The position numbers and the translations under genes were made by a program. This document shows, piece after piece, positions 14,401-26,472 of a stretch of DNA of 64,000 nt. Numbering within the stretch: position 1 is the first letter of the stretch; each line of letters starts with the position of its first letter. The notes under the pieces are model-generated. The model saw nothing but the letters and a program-made list of their open reading frames with translations, was not told the origin of the DNA and did not search any database. The DNA is taken from contig CM022665.1 of NCBI GenBank assembly GCA_012295275.1, positions 8,122,001 through 8,186,000 on the forward strand, in the 5' to 3' direction. This DNA is from Chrysomallon squamiferum (lineage: Eukaryota; Animalia; Mollusca).

Positions 14401-15295
14401 ATATTAAGTAGTCGAGGTTAGACTGAATTTTTCAGGTTTTCCAATTCCTGAGTTCCAAATGTGAAAGATCACACAACATGAAGCGCAACCCTCGTAAAAT
14501 TAACTGGACGGTATTGTATCGACGTAAGTATAAGAAAGGACAGACAGAAGAGGTCGTCAAAAAGAGAACACGTCGTACTACAAAGTTTCATCGTGCTATC
14601 ACTGGTGCCACTCTGACAGACATTATGGCAAAACGAAATCAGAAACCAGAAATAAGAAAAGCACAGAGAGAACAAGCCATCAGGTATGACATCATTGAAA
14701 AGACAGCCAGAAATCTTTTTTCTTTTTCGCATCTCGGCAAAAGCATGTACACACAAACACATACCAAGTATTGTGGTGTTTAAAATTTATTTTTGTACCA
14801 AATTATAATTTTACACATTTAATTTTCAGACTTATTTTAAATAACTGTCTTTTTTTTTCTTCTTTTTTCTAATTTTTAAAGGGCATACAAAGAAAAGCAG
14901 AAAGCAAAAGAGGCAGTAAAGAAAGCTACTAAGGTAAATATTAAAGACATTTTGCATTTAATGTTCTTTCAAATTGCTCATACATTTTGACACAACAGAT
15001 TAAAAGTAGCTGGAGATGAGGCTTTTTCTTTTGATAAAGTTTAGATTTCATGCATTATGCAACACTGAACTATCATTCAGATAATAAATCTGCAGAGATC
15101 CCATCCTGTTAGTCACTGAAATAATTTTTATCAGAAGCATTGGATGAAATAAAAAATATTAATGTTAAAACTAACTTGTTTGTATAATGAAATGTTTTCT
15201 AATTTCAGCCCGCACCTGCAAAAGCTACTGCAGCTAAGATTAAACCTGCAAAAAATGTGCCTAAAGCACAGGGACGTGTTGGTGGAAAGCGTTGA
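11423..15295 (+). CDS. RPL24: 60S ribosomal protein L24 (eL24), complete, 155 aa
   Basis: Exons 11423-11427, 11567-11642, 14436-14683, 14882-14933, 15209-15295, all GT-AG and in frame. Translation: [36 protein letters not shown]...[20 protein letters not shown]...RVGGKR*. Confidence 0.98.
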
Positions 15296-15322
15296 AAACT
15301 TTCTGATCTAATTAACTATAAA

Positions 15323-15328
15323 AATAAA
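15323..15328 (+). terminator. Polyadenylation signal of RPL24
   Basis: AATAAA 27 nt after the stop codon, followed by a GT-rich stretch (TTGATGTTGTTTGT). Confidence 0.65.
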
Positions 15329-16037
15329 AAAAAATTACAAAACCTAAGAATTGATGTTGTTTGTCAGTATACTTACCGTACAATCGGTTACAACCTTTTT
15401 AAGTTGCAGAGTAAGTCACACGCACAGCTACTGAACTGCTAATGAAAGTATTGTTGCTTTATAAGCATAGCAAAATTATAGGAACTGATGCAGCTAATCA
15501 GATGTTCATTTCATAGTTGATGCACAATTTAAACGAAGGAAAGCTGCAACTGTATGATGGCATTAATCTTCAAAAAGGAGAGGTTATGATGGTTAGGCCT
15601 GAAGAGCTAATCATGTAAAATAACTGGATGGAAATGTACTGATGGAAGTAAGCCTAATTCAGTATTGTTGACCCTTGATTTTATGGACCCATTTTCCAGA
15701 TTTCTGGAAATCCAAAAAGAACAAATTTTGAACGCTGCTATTTCCCACTTGAAACCTGACCTCTTTGTACTATTAAGTAGTTCTGAGTGCCAGCATTCAG
15801 TATGGTAACCATTTCACAACTCACTTGCCAACAAAGTAGGCGTTAAAGTTGCACCCATAACTATCCTAACCTAATGAACGCCACCCAACCTTGCATACAT
15901 TTCTGTTGTATGACATTGTTTTTATGTCTATATAATCATTGTTCTTATTTTATTACTGTTTTATATAGCTATTATGAGGAGAGGGGGCCAGACAGTTATG
16001 CAGTGTTTTGGAGGAGGGGAATATATGAAATGTACTA

Positions 16038-16073
<36 letters not shown>

Positions 16074-16204
16074 GACATGGACACACACACACAGAGCAGT
16101 ATCTTAATTCTATATTCAATACTGAGCACTAAAAAGGATGCTAGGAAGCAAGGCTGCTTTGTCTGCAGGTTTAAAGAAAAAATCTTAATGTAATAACTGT
16201 CCAA

Positions 16205-16253
16205 GTGTTTGGGCCGGACAAAAAACTTGCGGGCCAAAGTTCGCTGACACCTG
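16205..16253. mobile_element. hAT-Charlie-type MITE terminal fragment
   Basis: GGGCCGGAC...GCGGGCCAAAGTTCGCTGACACCTG followed by GTTTAAAC, similar to MER30/Charlie-type ends and target site. Confidence 0.4.
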
Positions 16254-16380
16254 GTTTAAACAGTAGTTGGAACTCCCAGTGGGGGTTGCTAATTTCTCAG
16301 CATATAATATACTTAGAAGTCATTTATTGATTTAGTAAAGGAGCTAGTTTATGTGACTGTAGGTCACTAAGTGGGGGGTA

Positions 16381-17230
16381 CAGAAAAAAAATGGCACCTT
16401 ATTTATTTTTTTCTGGATAGCTGATTTAAAGAAACTTGAAAGTACTTTTGAATATTCAGTTTATTGTTACATACATGTACATTAATATACAGCATCACTC
16501 AGCCACTTGGTTTTGCTTAACAAAGTACAGTATTATATCAAGAGTTTAATATTACAAATATACACATACGCATATAAATCCATATACACATACATACATA
16601 CATACATACATATACATACACATACACAAAACATATATATACACACATTCATACATATGTATACTTAAATGCATAAATGCACTAGTACGTTCACACATAG
16701 ATGTTCATACAAATGTATCTAATTTAAATTTCCATATACCAGTTAAAATATCCTCCAGAATGATACCATTCAGTCAGTTCAAGCATAACATACATATATG
16801 TGTGTGTGTATGTACCTTATGCTGTTTGAATTGACAGAATGTCATTCTAGAGGATTTTTTAACTATGGTTATGCATATTTACATTAGGTACATCTGCATG
16901 AATGTGTCTATGTATGAACGTAGTCATTCATCTATGTATATGGGAAAGCATACATATATCATATGTATGTGAGTGTGTGTGTGTATATATATATTTATTT
17001 CATATATGTGTGTGTGTGTCTGCACGTATGTATGTATATATTTGTATGTGTAATATTAAACTGATATAATACTGTACTTTGTGGATGACTGATGCTATAT
17101 ATTAATATACATGTATGTAACAATACTGCATGAATAAACTGTATTTTCAAAAATACTTTTAATTTATTTTTATTTTTATTTTTTTTAAGCAGTTATACAG
17201 AAAACATAAATAAGGTGCCATTTTCTTCTG
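16381..17230. repeat. ~850-bp imperfect inverted repeat (palindrome/foldback)
   Basis: CAGAAAAAAAATGGCACCTTATTTAT at 16381 pairs with ATAAATAAGGTGCCATTTTCTTCTG ending at 17230. Inner pairs: TTGTTACATACATGTA/TACATGTATGTAACAA, CAAAGTACAGTATTATATCA/TGATATAATACTGTACTTTG, ATCCTCCAGAATGA/TCATTCTAGAGGAT. Centre near 16800. Confidence 0.88.
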
Positions 17231-17318
17231 ACTCCAGTACTAACATTATTCATCAGAATCTCTTCGAAACAAATATGGGCAAAATATTTAGTAAAATCTT
17301 TATTAACACAGCGTAAAC

Positions 17319-17552
17319 CAGTGTCTCAAAGTGGCGAGTACGCACCACGTCGGGGTTACCTGATAGTGATGTATTAAAAATATTTTTCTGAACCCATTGA
17401 GAGAAAAAAAAAAAAAGTCTTTACGTAAATACTTTTTTTTTTAAGTATTTTATTTTTACTTCTAAATTTAGTTTAATTTTATGTCAAAGCGATCAACAAA
17501 ATCTTTGAGAGGTTTTGATTGGACATGGTCCCAAAAAGCTTGGAAACGACTG
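17319..17552. mobile_element. hAT-type MITE (~234 bp)
   Basis: Degenerate termini CAGTGTCTCAAAGT...AGCTTGGAAACGACTG, flanked by imperfect 8-bp duplications GCGTAAAC / GCGTAGAT. Confidence 0.6.
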
Positions 17553-19030
17553 GCGTAGATCAAAACCGCATAATACCAGTTCATAACGAAAATTCAGTTC
17601 ACGCTGAAGAGTAAACCGTGCCCAGTCGGTGAACTTCGTGCAAATTGCAAGATTGAGAAATAGGTTGAAGAAACAAACTGGGGAGAATCTGAAATAGCAG
17701 AATGAAATTTGGTACGTAAACTATTTCAAAACAAATTACTGGTATATATTTTATTACGATTTTGTTGTTTAACTTAAACTTTAAGTTATATAATATGAAC
17801 TGATAATTGTATTCAAATAAATAAAAAAATAATTAATCACTTAAGCATTGTTTTCGATAGAATTATATACAATTAGAAGCAAATAAACGCCAAAATGAAA
17901 TTTATTATTATTATTTATTTATTTATTTATTTATTAACCGTTAGCGTTTACTTAACAGTCGAAAACAATACTTTTATACAAGGCATACACACACACAAAA
18001 TAAATAAATAAATAAAAGTTACTGAAAAGTACCAATCATTCTGCCTGCCTTCATTAATTTTTTTAATCTTTTTTATGTTTTTTTTTTTTTTTTTTAAATT
18101 ATTATTATTCCTAAATTTTTTACTTTCACGATGTTTACGGTTGTGCATGGCGTGGAGGTAAATGGATGTCATATGTATAATTATAATTCATTGCACAATC
18201 TGACAATACATTTCAATGTTATTCAAATTCACTGACTGGCTTTTCAAACAAATTTTAAAAATAAAATCCCCCAATCCTCATCCAGTTAGATTGATAAACA
18301 GTCCACATTTTATTTATAATCCTAATTAAAGTACTTCCATAACTTCATAAATAAAAATGTTACATAACTCTATAAATACCCATTATTCATTCTTTCCTCA
18401 TGATCTGTATTTGAAAACAACATGCAACAAACAATATCATATTGTTTCCCTGATCTGAACAGCTTCAAAACAAAGGTGCTAGCTTATCAAATAGATAAAG
18501 TAAAGGATCTATAACTTTGTATTCTCAAAGACAGTTGGGAAGACACTGTATATTTTGGTGACAGTATGAATTCATTATAGTTGTACACTGATGTTGGTGG
18601 TGTAAAGAGATTTAACTATAAATTAAAAATTTCATTCATTTTGATAATCGACAGAGCAAGGCCAAACCTTTGGCCATTTAGTTAAACATAATCACACTTT
18701 AATTATTAATATTACATGTATACATGTATTGTTAAAGTATTAAGAAAATATATTTAAAAAAAAAAGAAAAAAGGAGCAATTGCATTTTGTGTTGACTAAT
18801 AGTTTGAAAATTTTCATTTTGATTATTATTAGGTGCAATACATTTAGTGGAATGAGTTCAAGAATATGATTTTAAGTTTTTTAGTTAGATACGAATGAGA
18901 AAGATAAAAATCAGGAACATTAACTGGACATTTATTTTATGGTCAATGTTAATACTTTAAAAATTATTCCTTTTTAAATTTATTTATTTATTTTATTTTA
19001 CTCTTTTACAGAATAATTAGCTGAATAAAA

Positions 19031-21361
19031 ATGAATGCCTTTTCTACTGATGATGATACTGAAGAATTAAAGAAAAATATCCACTCTGTACATTTAAAAA
19101 TTGACAGCAATGACCATGAAATACAGACTGAGTTCAACAACAGCATGATAAAAAAACTTAGTGAACCAACAGTTGACAAGAATGTGTCAGAGAGCAGTGA
19201 AAGCAATATACAAAGTGTAAAGGAAGTTATTACTCATGATGCTGATGAAGAAAATAATTTGGTGGATGCAAGCACAAATTACACAGAACCAGTATTCAAA
19301 GATGAAAATGTTAACGAAACATCAAGTCAGAAAGATATTGAAAAAGATATTTTAACATTTACACCTATAAAATATTCACTGTCACCTGTTATCACGAGCA
19401 TGCACAAACGTGATATTCCATTTCATAAATTACACAGCACACCAATTCCTTGTCATTCCAGTTCACTGTTTCAAAGAAAAACACATCATTCACAAGATAA
19501 ACCCCATACATTGTCTGTTACAGAAATAAGTGATATTTCTGATACTGAAAATCCATTGGAAAAAACTTTTGAAGAGCTTTTGGAAGAAGTGACCCTTCTT
19601 TGTGAAGAACACACAGCACAAAATGGAGAAATGGGAAACATGTTCCATCATGATACTGAGTCAATTGCTGATGAGCAGATCAGTAAGATTAACTTGGAAC
19701 AACTGTTCAGTTCTTCACCAGTATTAAAAGTGAAAGATAAAGCTATCCTTGAGGAAGGGGTACACTTACCTTTATCACAAGTATCAGATCCTAATTATTT
19801 CAGTGATAATAGAAAAATGAAAACTTATTTATCGAAGAGCTCTAATTCAGGTCGGTTTAAGAATATTGATAAGAGTGTTCATGTTTATGACGAAACAGTG
19901 GTGGATGATTTGGAACTTGTCAGTGAGGACATTCTTGGACTGGATTCATTTGTTTCAAGTAGTGATGACGAGAATGACTATTTTGAGAACACTGTGGTAC
20001 ATGCTGCTAAATCAGACAGTATTCTCAGACAGACTGGACAGAAAGTTTCAGACACCAGTTTCACTGTTCCACATGTTTCTCTGAATGATTCAAAAACCTC
20101 ATTTACAGAATCTAAAACTTCATCTGTTGTTGAAAAGCCACAAACTGAATATGAAACTGAAATATCTGAGAATAAATTAACCATTTCTGGAGAACAGTAC
20201 AAAACACCTGCTGATAAACATTTGATTCCTGCTAGTGGGTCATTAAAATGTGCAAGTCAAACATCTTTTTCTGAATCTTTGGGAAATATAGTCTCTGTGT
20301 TGCCTGACATTACAGACACTGAATCAGCAGTAACAGATAATAAAACTGAAGAGGCCAAAATGCAAACCATCCTCAAATCACCTGTACCTAAATCTATATT
20401 GAATGGTAGATCAGACTTGCATATCTTAAAAACAGTTACATCAGATAAGAGTACCACTGTGACACAACCACCTGAAAATCAAACAAAAGGAGAATCCACA
20501 AATATTCGGTGTACTCTTGCAGCAGAGGCACAAAATCTACTTCAAGAAACTGAGTTAACACTATTTGTTAAAAAAAAATGGAAGATATCAGCTATTCAAA
20601 GACCTGACATTAATCTGACAAAATGTATTCATCTTCATAAAACAAAAGGAAATATAAACAGAGGATTGTTAGAGGGTGATGATAAAATACCTCCACTAAT
20701 TAGAACTGTTAACAATTACACTAGTTCCACCATGGACATACCTCATGTTAAGCGCCGACGTGTTGAAGGTATTCAAAAAGACGAAGTAGGACAAACAGCA
20801 CAAAACCTGTTAATTAGCTTGAGAGAACAGTTACGTGAAACTGATGAAGAATGGAAACACAAACAAAATTTTCTGCGTATGGAAAACATTCGGCAGCTAT
20901 CTGAGATGAGGTATAGACACTCAGTTATGACACGCTCACTACATGTGAAACAGCAGCAAGAACTTCAGTCCATGAAACAGCGTTTTATGTACAATCCTTT
21001 TTTGTTACAGTACAAATATATGAAGCTTTGCGAAGAGCATATGTATCAGAACTGTCATCTTCATAAAATGAAAACAGAAGAAATGGAAAACATTTCTAAA
21101 GAATTATGTCACAAAACAAAAAATGAACATGACCACTATAAAAGTTTGTCTGATCAGATAAAGCACATGATTACAACTTTTGAAAATGATGTTGCTAATG
21201 TAAACACCAAAGAAAGCTTGTATGTTGCTGTTAATTTATGGAAAGGACCATGCAAAACTAACAATCAAAAAAAAAGCTTGGTTAAAGTATGTCTTCCTGC
21301 TGAAACTGCTTCAAACATTATGAGAGAGGATGGTATATACGACTTGTTTTATTCTTACTAA
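19031..21361 (+). CDS. Uncharacterised 776-aa protein, single coding exon; S/T/D/E-rich disordered N-terminus, basic KRRR motif, C-terminal helical/coiled-coil region
   Basis: 2.3-kb uninterrupted ORF in AT-rich DNA. Splice acceptor at 19010-19011 just upstream, AAAAATG start context, AATAAA at 21437. Probable non-coding first exon ending at 17711 (G|GTACGT). Confidence 0.82.
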   Translation: MNAFSTDDDTEELKKNIHSVHLKIDSNDHEIQTEFNNSMIKKLSEPTVDKNVSESSESNIQSVKEVITHDADEENNLVDASTNYTEPVFKDENVNETSSQKDIEKDILTFTPIKYSLSPVITSMHKRDIPFHKLHSTPIPCHSSSLFQRKTHHSQDKPHTLSVTEISDISDTENPLEKTFEELLEEVTLLCEEHTAQNGEMGNMFHHDTESIADEQISKINLEQLFSSSPVLKVKDKAILEEGVHLPLSQVSDPNYFSDNRKMKTYLSKSSNSGRFKNIDKSVHVYDETVVDDLELVSEDILGLDSFVSSSDDENDYFENTVVHAAKSDSILRQTGQKVSDTSFTVPHVSLNDSKTSFTESKTSSVVEKPQTEYETEISENKLTISGEQYKTPADKHLIPASGSLKCASQTSFSESLGNIVSVLPDITDTESAVTDNKTEEAKMQTILKSPVPKSILNGRSDLHILKTVTSDKSTTVTQPPENQTKGESTNIRCTLAAEAQNLLQETELTLFVKKKWKISAIQRPDINLTKCIHLHKTKGNINRGLLEGDDKIPPLIRTVNNYTSSTMDIPHVKRRRVEGIQKDEVGQTAQNLLISLREQLRETDEEWKHKQNFLRMENIRQLSEMRYRHSVMTRSLHVKQQQELQSMKQRFMYNPFLLQYKYMKLCEEHMYQNCHLHKMKTEEMENISKELCHKTKNEHDHYKSLSDQIKHMITTFENDVANVNTKESLYVAVNLWKGPCKTNNQKKSLVKVCLPAETASNIMREDGIYDLFYSY

Positions 21362-24067
21362 AATGTTAAAACAATAGTCATGGAATTACAAAATATAAAA
21401 TGATTTTTACTTACTTTAGTTCATGAACATTAGTTTAATAAAAAAAAATTGATAAACAGCCAAAATACTTTGTAATTGTTTTATGTAAACTATACTAGAT
21501 GTTATTGCCAAGTTAAGGGACTTCCTAATTATCAGAGAGAGATACCTAAGATGTTAGATCTGTCGCAGTAAGCATTAAGCTACATGAAAAGGTGCATTTT
21601 TGTTTTGTAAAATTGGAATATTGGACTTCACAAAACTCATATCTTCACTTCCGTGAAGTTTAATGATTTCTTTAGTATCAAAATCAGATTTTTTTCAGCA
21701 TGCAAATTTTCAATGGCATTCAGTCTGTAACTGCAGGGCAGAGTATTATAAGAATGCAATGGTGTAAGAGGGTTTCATTTGGTTGAAATATAAACTGATA
21801 ATTTTATACCCATGTGCCAATATTTATGTGTTGTGATAAGAAAAAATAAAAATATTTTATAAATTATTCACTGTTTGTTAACTGTATAATTCAAAACATA
21901 CAATTAAGTTCATAACAATTTTTAAAGACTATTGATAATTTATTTAAAATTTTATTTCTGTGGTTTTGTTGCAATCTGTGAGTTCACTAATAATTTATTA
22001 TTAATTTATTATTTATTTTTAGTACTTTTATTATATATATATTTTTTACCTGAAACTTGCAAAAAAAACAAACAAAAATAGAAAGTACATTTGTTTTAAC
22101 AGTAAAATTTTGAAGCATCAGTTAAAACAATTAGTGTGCAAATTTTGATCTCGTCAAATAACCATATCATAATAATATGCAATATCAAAAAAACCCAAGT
22201 TTGATACATTTTTTTTAAATAATGAATTTGAAATAAATATGCTAGATAGCAGCATGACATAAGGAAAACAAAACATTCACCTTAAAATGCCAAATTTCTA
22301 TATTATATTTTCATTCCAAAAATTTCAAAATACATGTCAAATTTAGTGGGAAGAGACTGTTAGCTAAAATGTATTCCTAAATTTTATTTAGATAAAGATG
22401 CTGATAATACTGCCTTTTTTCTATCCATGGTTAGGTTTCAGGTAGGACTATTCATTGTCAAAAGTAAACAGTAGCATATTTTTAAACTAACATGTCAAGT
22501 AGTGTTCATGTGAGTTCTAACATTTATTTCTACACATTATTAATTAAAAAGACAGGTACCTCTGAACATTCAAAACCAGAACACACATTTTTTTGTATCA
22601 AGAAACCATTATTCTCAGTACTATAACACATTAGAGATCATCTATTACTTTTCTGCTGATCTGTAGCCACCAGTCTAGGATTATTATTTTAAAAATGTTT
22701 CTATTACTAAAACATGTGGATAGTTTTTACATTTCTAAACTAAATACCCAGTGGTTTTTGAGATAATTACTGTGCATGCAGAAATTGCCCAATCCTGTAT
22801 ATAATAATAATTTTACTGAAATTTTGTGAATGTAATGATGTTAATATTGCATTATTTTCTGTACCTGTAACTTTTAGTATTGTTCATAAAAACAATAAAT
22901 GTTCTAATCCTTTGTGGTAACTATAACTGAACAGGTTTACCTCTGCTGAATAGTATCACCAAAATATTGCATAAAATAGTGCTATAATCAAAAATACTTG
23001 AGATTCATTTATTAGCCTCCAGTGAAGCACATGTCTATAAAACTAGTTTGTTCCTTTAGTCTTATCATTAAAGGGGAAAAAAAATAATAATAAAAAAATT
23101 AAAATGGGGGGGAATTGAAAGAAAGAAAAATACAGTAATTTGGAAAACAAAGTAAAATTGTTTTTCCCTGGATTAGTTAAATATGTTGATGGCATATATT
23201 ATTACATTTCTGGAAGAAAATCATTTCTTCACTTCCGAAAGCTCTCTAAAGAAAGGTCTGTGACCTGAACATTTTCATTAAAACAGTTTTAGGAACAGCT
23301 GACATAATCTTGATCCAAATCTGAACTACCAAAACTGGGCAAATCAGACGATATTGTGTAAACTGTGTTAAAGATAAAAAACAAACAAAAACAACAACAA
23401 TTATATCTTTTATTTCATACTGTTTGATCAAGCTAAAAATGAGCTAAAACGGAATTATAAGAATTTTCACATTTTCTTTCTGGGTTAGGTGTAAAGTGAA
23501 TACCATTAATTCCAGCCCAAAAACAGCTTCCAAGGTTGTTGTTTGTTATTTTTTTCATTTTTATATATATATATTTTTTTCATTTTAATTTTGTGGTGGG
23601 GGCGGGAATTACATGGACTAATACAGATAAATACAATTTAAAATGAATATAATTAAGCATATAAAACAAATTCAAACGTGATTTATAAGCTATTAATACA
23701 AATAAAATTACCAATATGATTTCCAGTTGCGTACCCAATCTAATATCCTGTCGTTAAAATAGTACACTATATCATTCATAGTAAGTCTAAGCTGTTGTAT
23801 AAATTCACTTTTTTCCACTCGTTTAATATTCCGTTTATAGATTGAGTACCAAAGACCATGCATAGCATGTAATTACTGATTCCGGGAAGCTAAGGTATAA
23901 AAGATCGTTTATATGATAAACAGTGAATGGAGCATTGTTATCTGCTTTATTAATTATTAAAAGTGAATAATTATGTTAGAAATCAAACAATGACAATAAA
24001 ATATGATGAAGTGTCTATAAACTTAATTTTTCGATTATTTGCCATTTATATTAATATTCTTGTATTA

Positions 24068-24103
<36 letters not shown>
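24068..24103. repeat. (AAT)n microsatellite
   Basis: About 12 tandem AAT units. Confidence 0.9.
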
Positions 24104-24106
<3 letters not shown>

Positions 24107-25348
24107 CTTAAATTAATTTCCACAGATCATCGCACAGTGCAATGTGGCGTTGACTTCACAAGAGGCAGCTTGCGGTTTCCAGTTTTAATATCAAATCTGG
24201 TCTTCATACTTTAATATCTGGCATGGATTATCGTCATTACATTCAGCATAACAACCTATAAAATGGCATACCATGACTTTATATATCAGTTAATACACAC
24301 TTTATATATAATTCTGAAAAAAAAATAGAAAAAAAATAAGGCTAGTCCGGTTTTAGTGTATACATCCGCTCGTCATTTAATGACCGAATTCCATTCCTTC
24401 AGCTAGTTTGATAAACGAGAGTCCGCCCCTTACCGACATTTCAAGCATACACAAACCTAACAGTAGTAGGTTTGTGTCGACCATTTTAAAAATACGTTTT
24501 AATGTCACCTTTGCACCATTTATAACATTTTTAGTGCATTTTTAAATATTTCTTCTCTAATGGCTAAATAATAAGCATAACAGACATCAGCTCTAATAAT
24601 AATATACATTACTTCGATTTTGATATTGTAAAATCAGTTGCACGTTTTTATTTATACTGAATAAAAAAAATGTTTTAATTTGCAGAACTCTAACTTGATA
24701 GAGAACATAAAAATACAATCAGCAAAAATTACAATATCTTGTACTGTGGAGTGAATAATAAAGCACACATTTATAGACGAAATAATGATGTAGTCTTGGA
24801 GACTGCGAACTCTAGTGTAGTGAATACTGACCGAATGCGGGAGTGAGAAAGGGTAATATGTGACAAGATGCTTAACATACCATTATGTATCTCTATGTAC
24901 ATGCATGTACATATAACTATATAGATATGGTGATAAAATTGCATCTGCTATCATTTTAAATATGGTCAACCAGTTGATCGAATAAATGAGGATTCCAAGT
25001 TCTTTTATCCACCAAAGATAATGCCAAGTTTGTCTAGTATAAATGATTGATACTTCAAATATTTAAAATGAGCCATAAACTATAGGTAAAGGAACAACGC
25101 AGGAAATGTATCTTTATTATATTATTTGGACTAACATTATTCAACGATACAGAAATGGCTATATAGATTTTTGCAAAAATATCTCGACATTCTTGTTGAA
25201 GTCTAAAATACTTCTATTTGCTCAAATATTAATTATGGCAATTCTTTGAGATAAATTTTAAAATTATCAACAGGTTTCATTTTATATAGTGATTACTTTG
25301 GTAAATGAAAACTGCTCACAATAGTAAAATATGAGAGAAAACTTTTTA

Positions 25349-25389
<41 letters not shown>

Positions 25390-26472
25390 TACAATTCGTT
25401 TATCCACCATTCCATAATTTCTTTGGTATTTTCTTTTGGTTCGCGGGAATCGGTGCCGATTAAGGCAACAGCTTAGGGACTGGAGCCAGTGTCTTTCAGA
25501 AATTACGTGAAAAACGTTATTTTATTTTCTATAACTTTTTTCTTTTGGAAAATGTTATCTCATACACTGTAACAGTAGCGGAGGGACCTACACAGTCTTA
25601 AGCATTGACCAAATTCCTTTTTTTATTTCATACATAATATATAAAGCCTACCACTCACCGGCCTATCTCATATGCAGTGTCAGAATAGCTGACTGACTGA
25701 CAGAAACAAATAAACTAAAAAGCTTTAGGGACAGAAAAGAAGGGATCTCATCTTTTTTAAGAAAAAAAGGTCCCATCCCATCTCGCACATCCACTAGGGC
25801 CTACTACTTCAAAATCCCCGCTGGCACATAACAAGTGACAAATTTTCGTTTCTATGATCTTTTTTAAAATCTACTATGATCTATATCAAAACTGAAATTA
25901 GTGACAGATTAAGAAATGGTTCTTAGGGGCTGCAGACCAGAGACCTCCAGAGATCAAGTCAGTTTTTTGTTTACCTTTTGAAAACATTACTGGAGTCGTC
26001 AGTGAAATACAACCCACGGGAATGTTTTACTATATACTACAGTAAAACTGGTCTACTGGGAGAAAGGTCATCTGCACATGATCTTCTGACTAAATGCTAA
26101 TTTAGAATATTTAATTACACAAGCTTCAAGATAATATTAATTTTAGTAACAATTCCTACAATATTAGTAGGAGCTATAGCTTATGGTTAAATCCAATGAG
26201 TTCATTATAACTGATTCATAATTTGTATCTTCTTATCTGTGTGAAGGTTAAAGATCCCTTATTCGTATCATCATTGCAGACGAAAACGAGTGACTGACAA
26301 CTAATTCAAATTAACTATGAAGTGATTTGAGGTGTCGTTAAATATTTATTAATTGTTTGCTAAAATGTATTTTCCGTTTAACATGTAAATATAATTATTT
26401 AACATTATAAGACGTCCGTCACAATGGAAAACTCTTTTTCTTCTTCTTCTGTTATTAACAGCCTCTGCTAAT

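Noticed and set aside
14469-14762. 97-aa antisense ORF over RPL24 exon 3 (likewise antisense ORFs over the 776-aa gene and RNF213 exons)
   Set aside because: Shadow ORFs of real coding exons on the opposite strand.
11643-15208. Intronic snoRNAs in RPL24
   Set aside because: Ribosomal protein introns often host snoRNAs, but I found no convincing C/D box pair with a terminal stem or a clear H/ACA double hairpin by eye. An Infernal/snoscan search would be needed.
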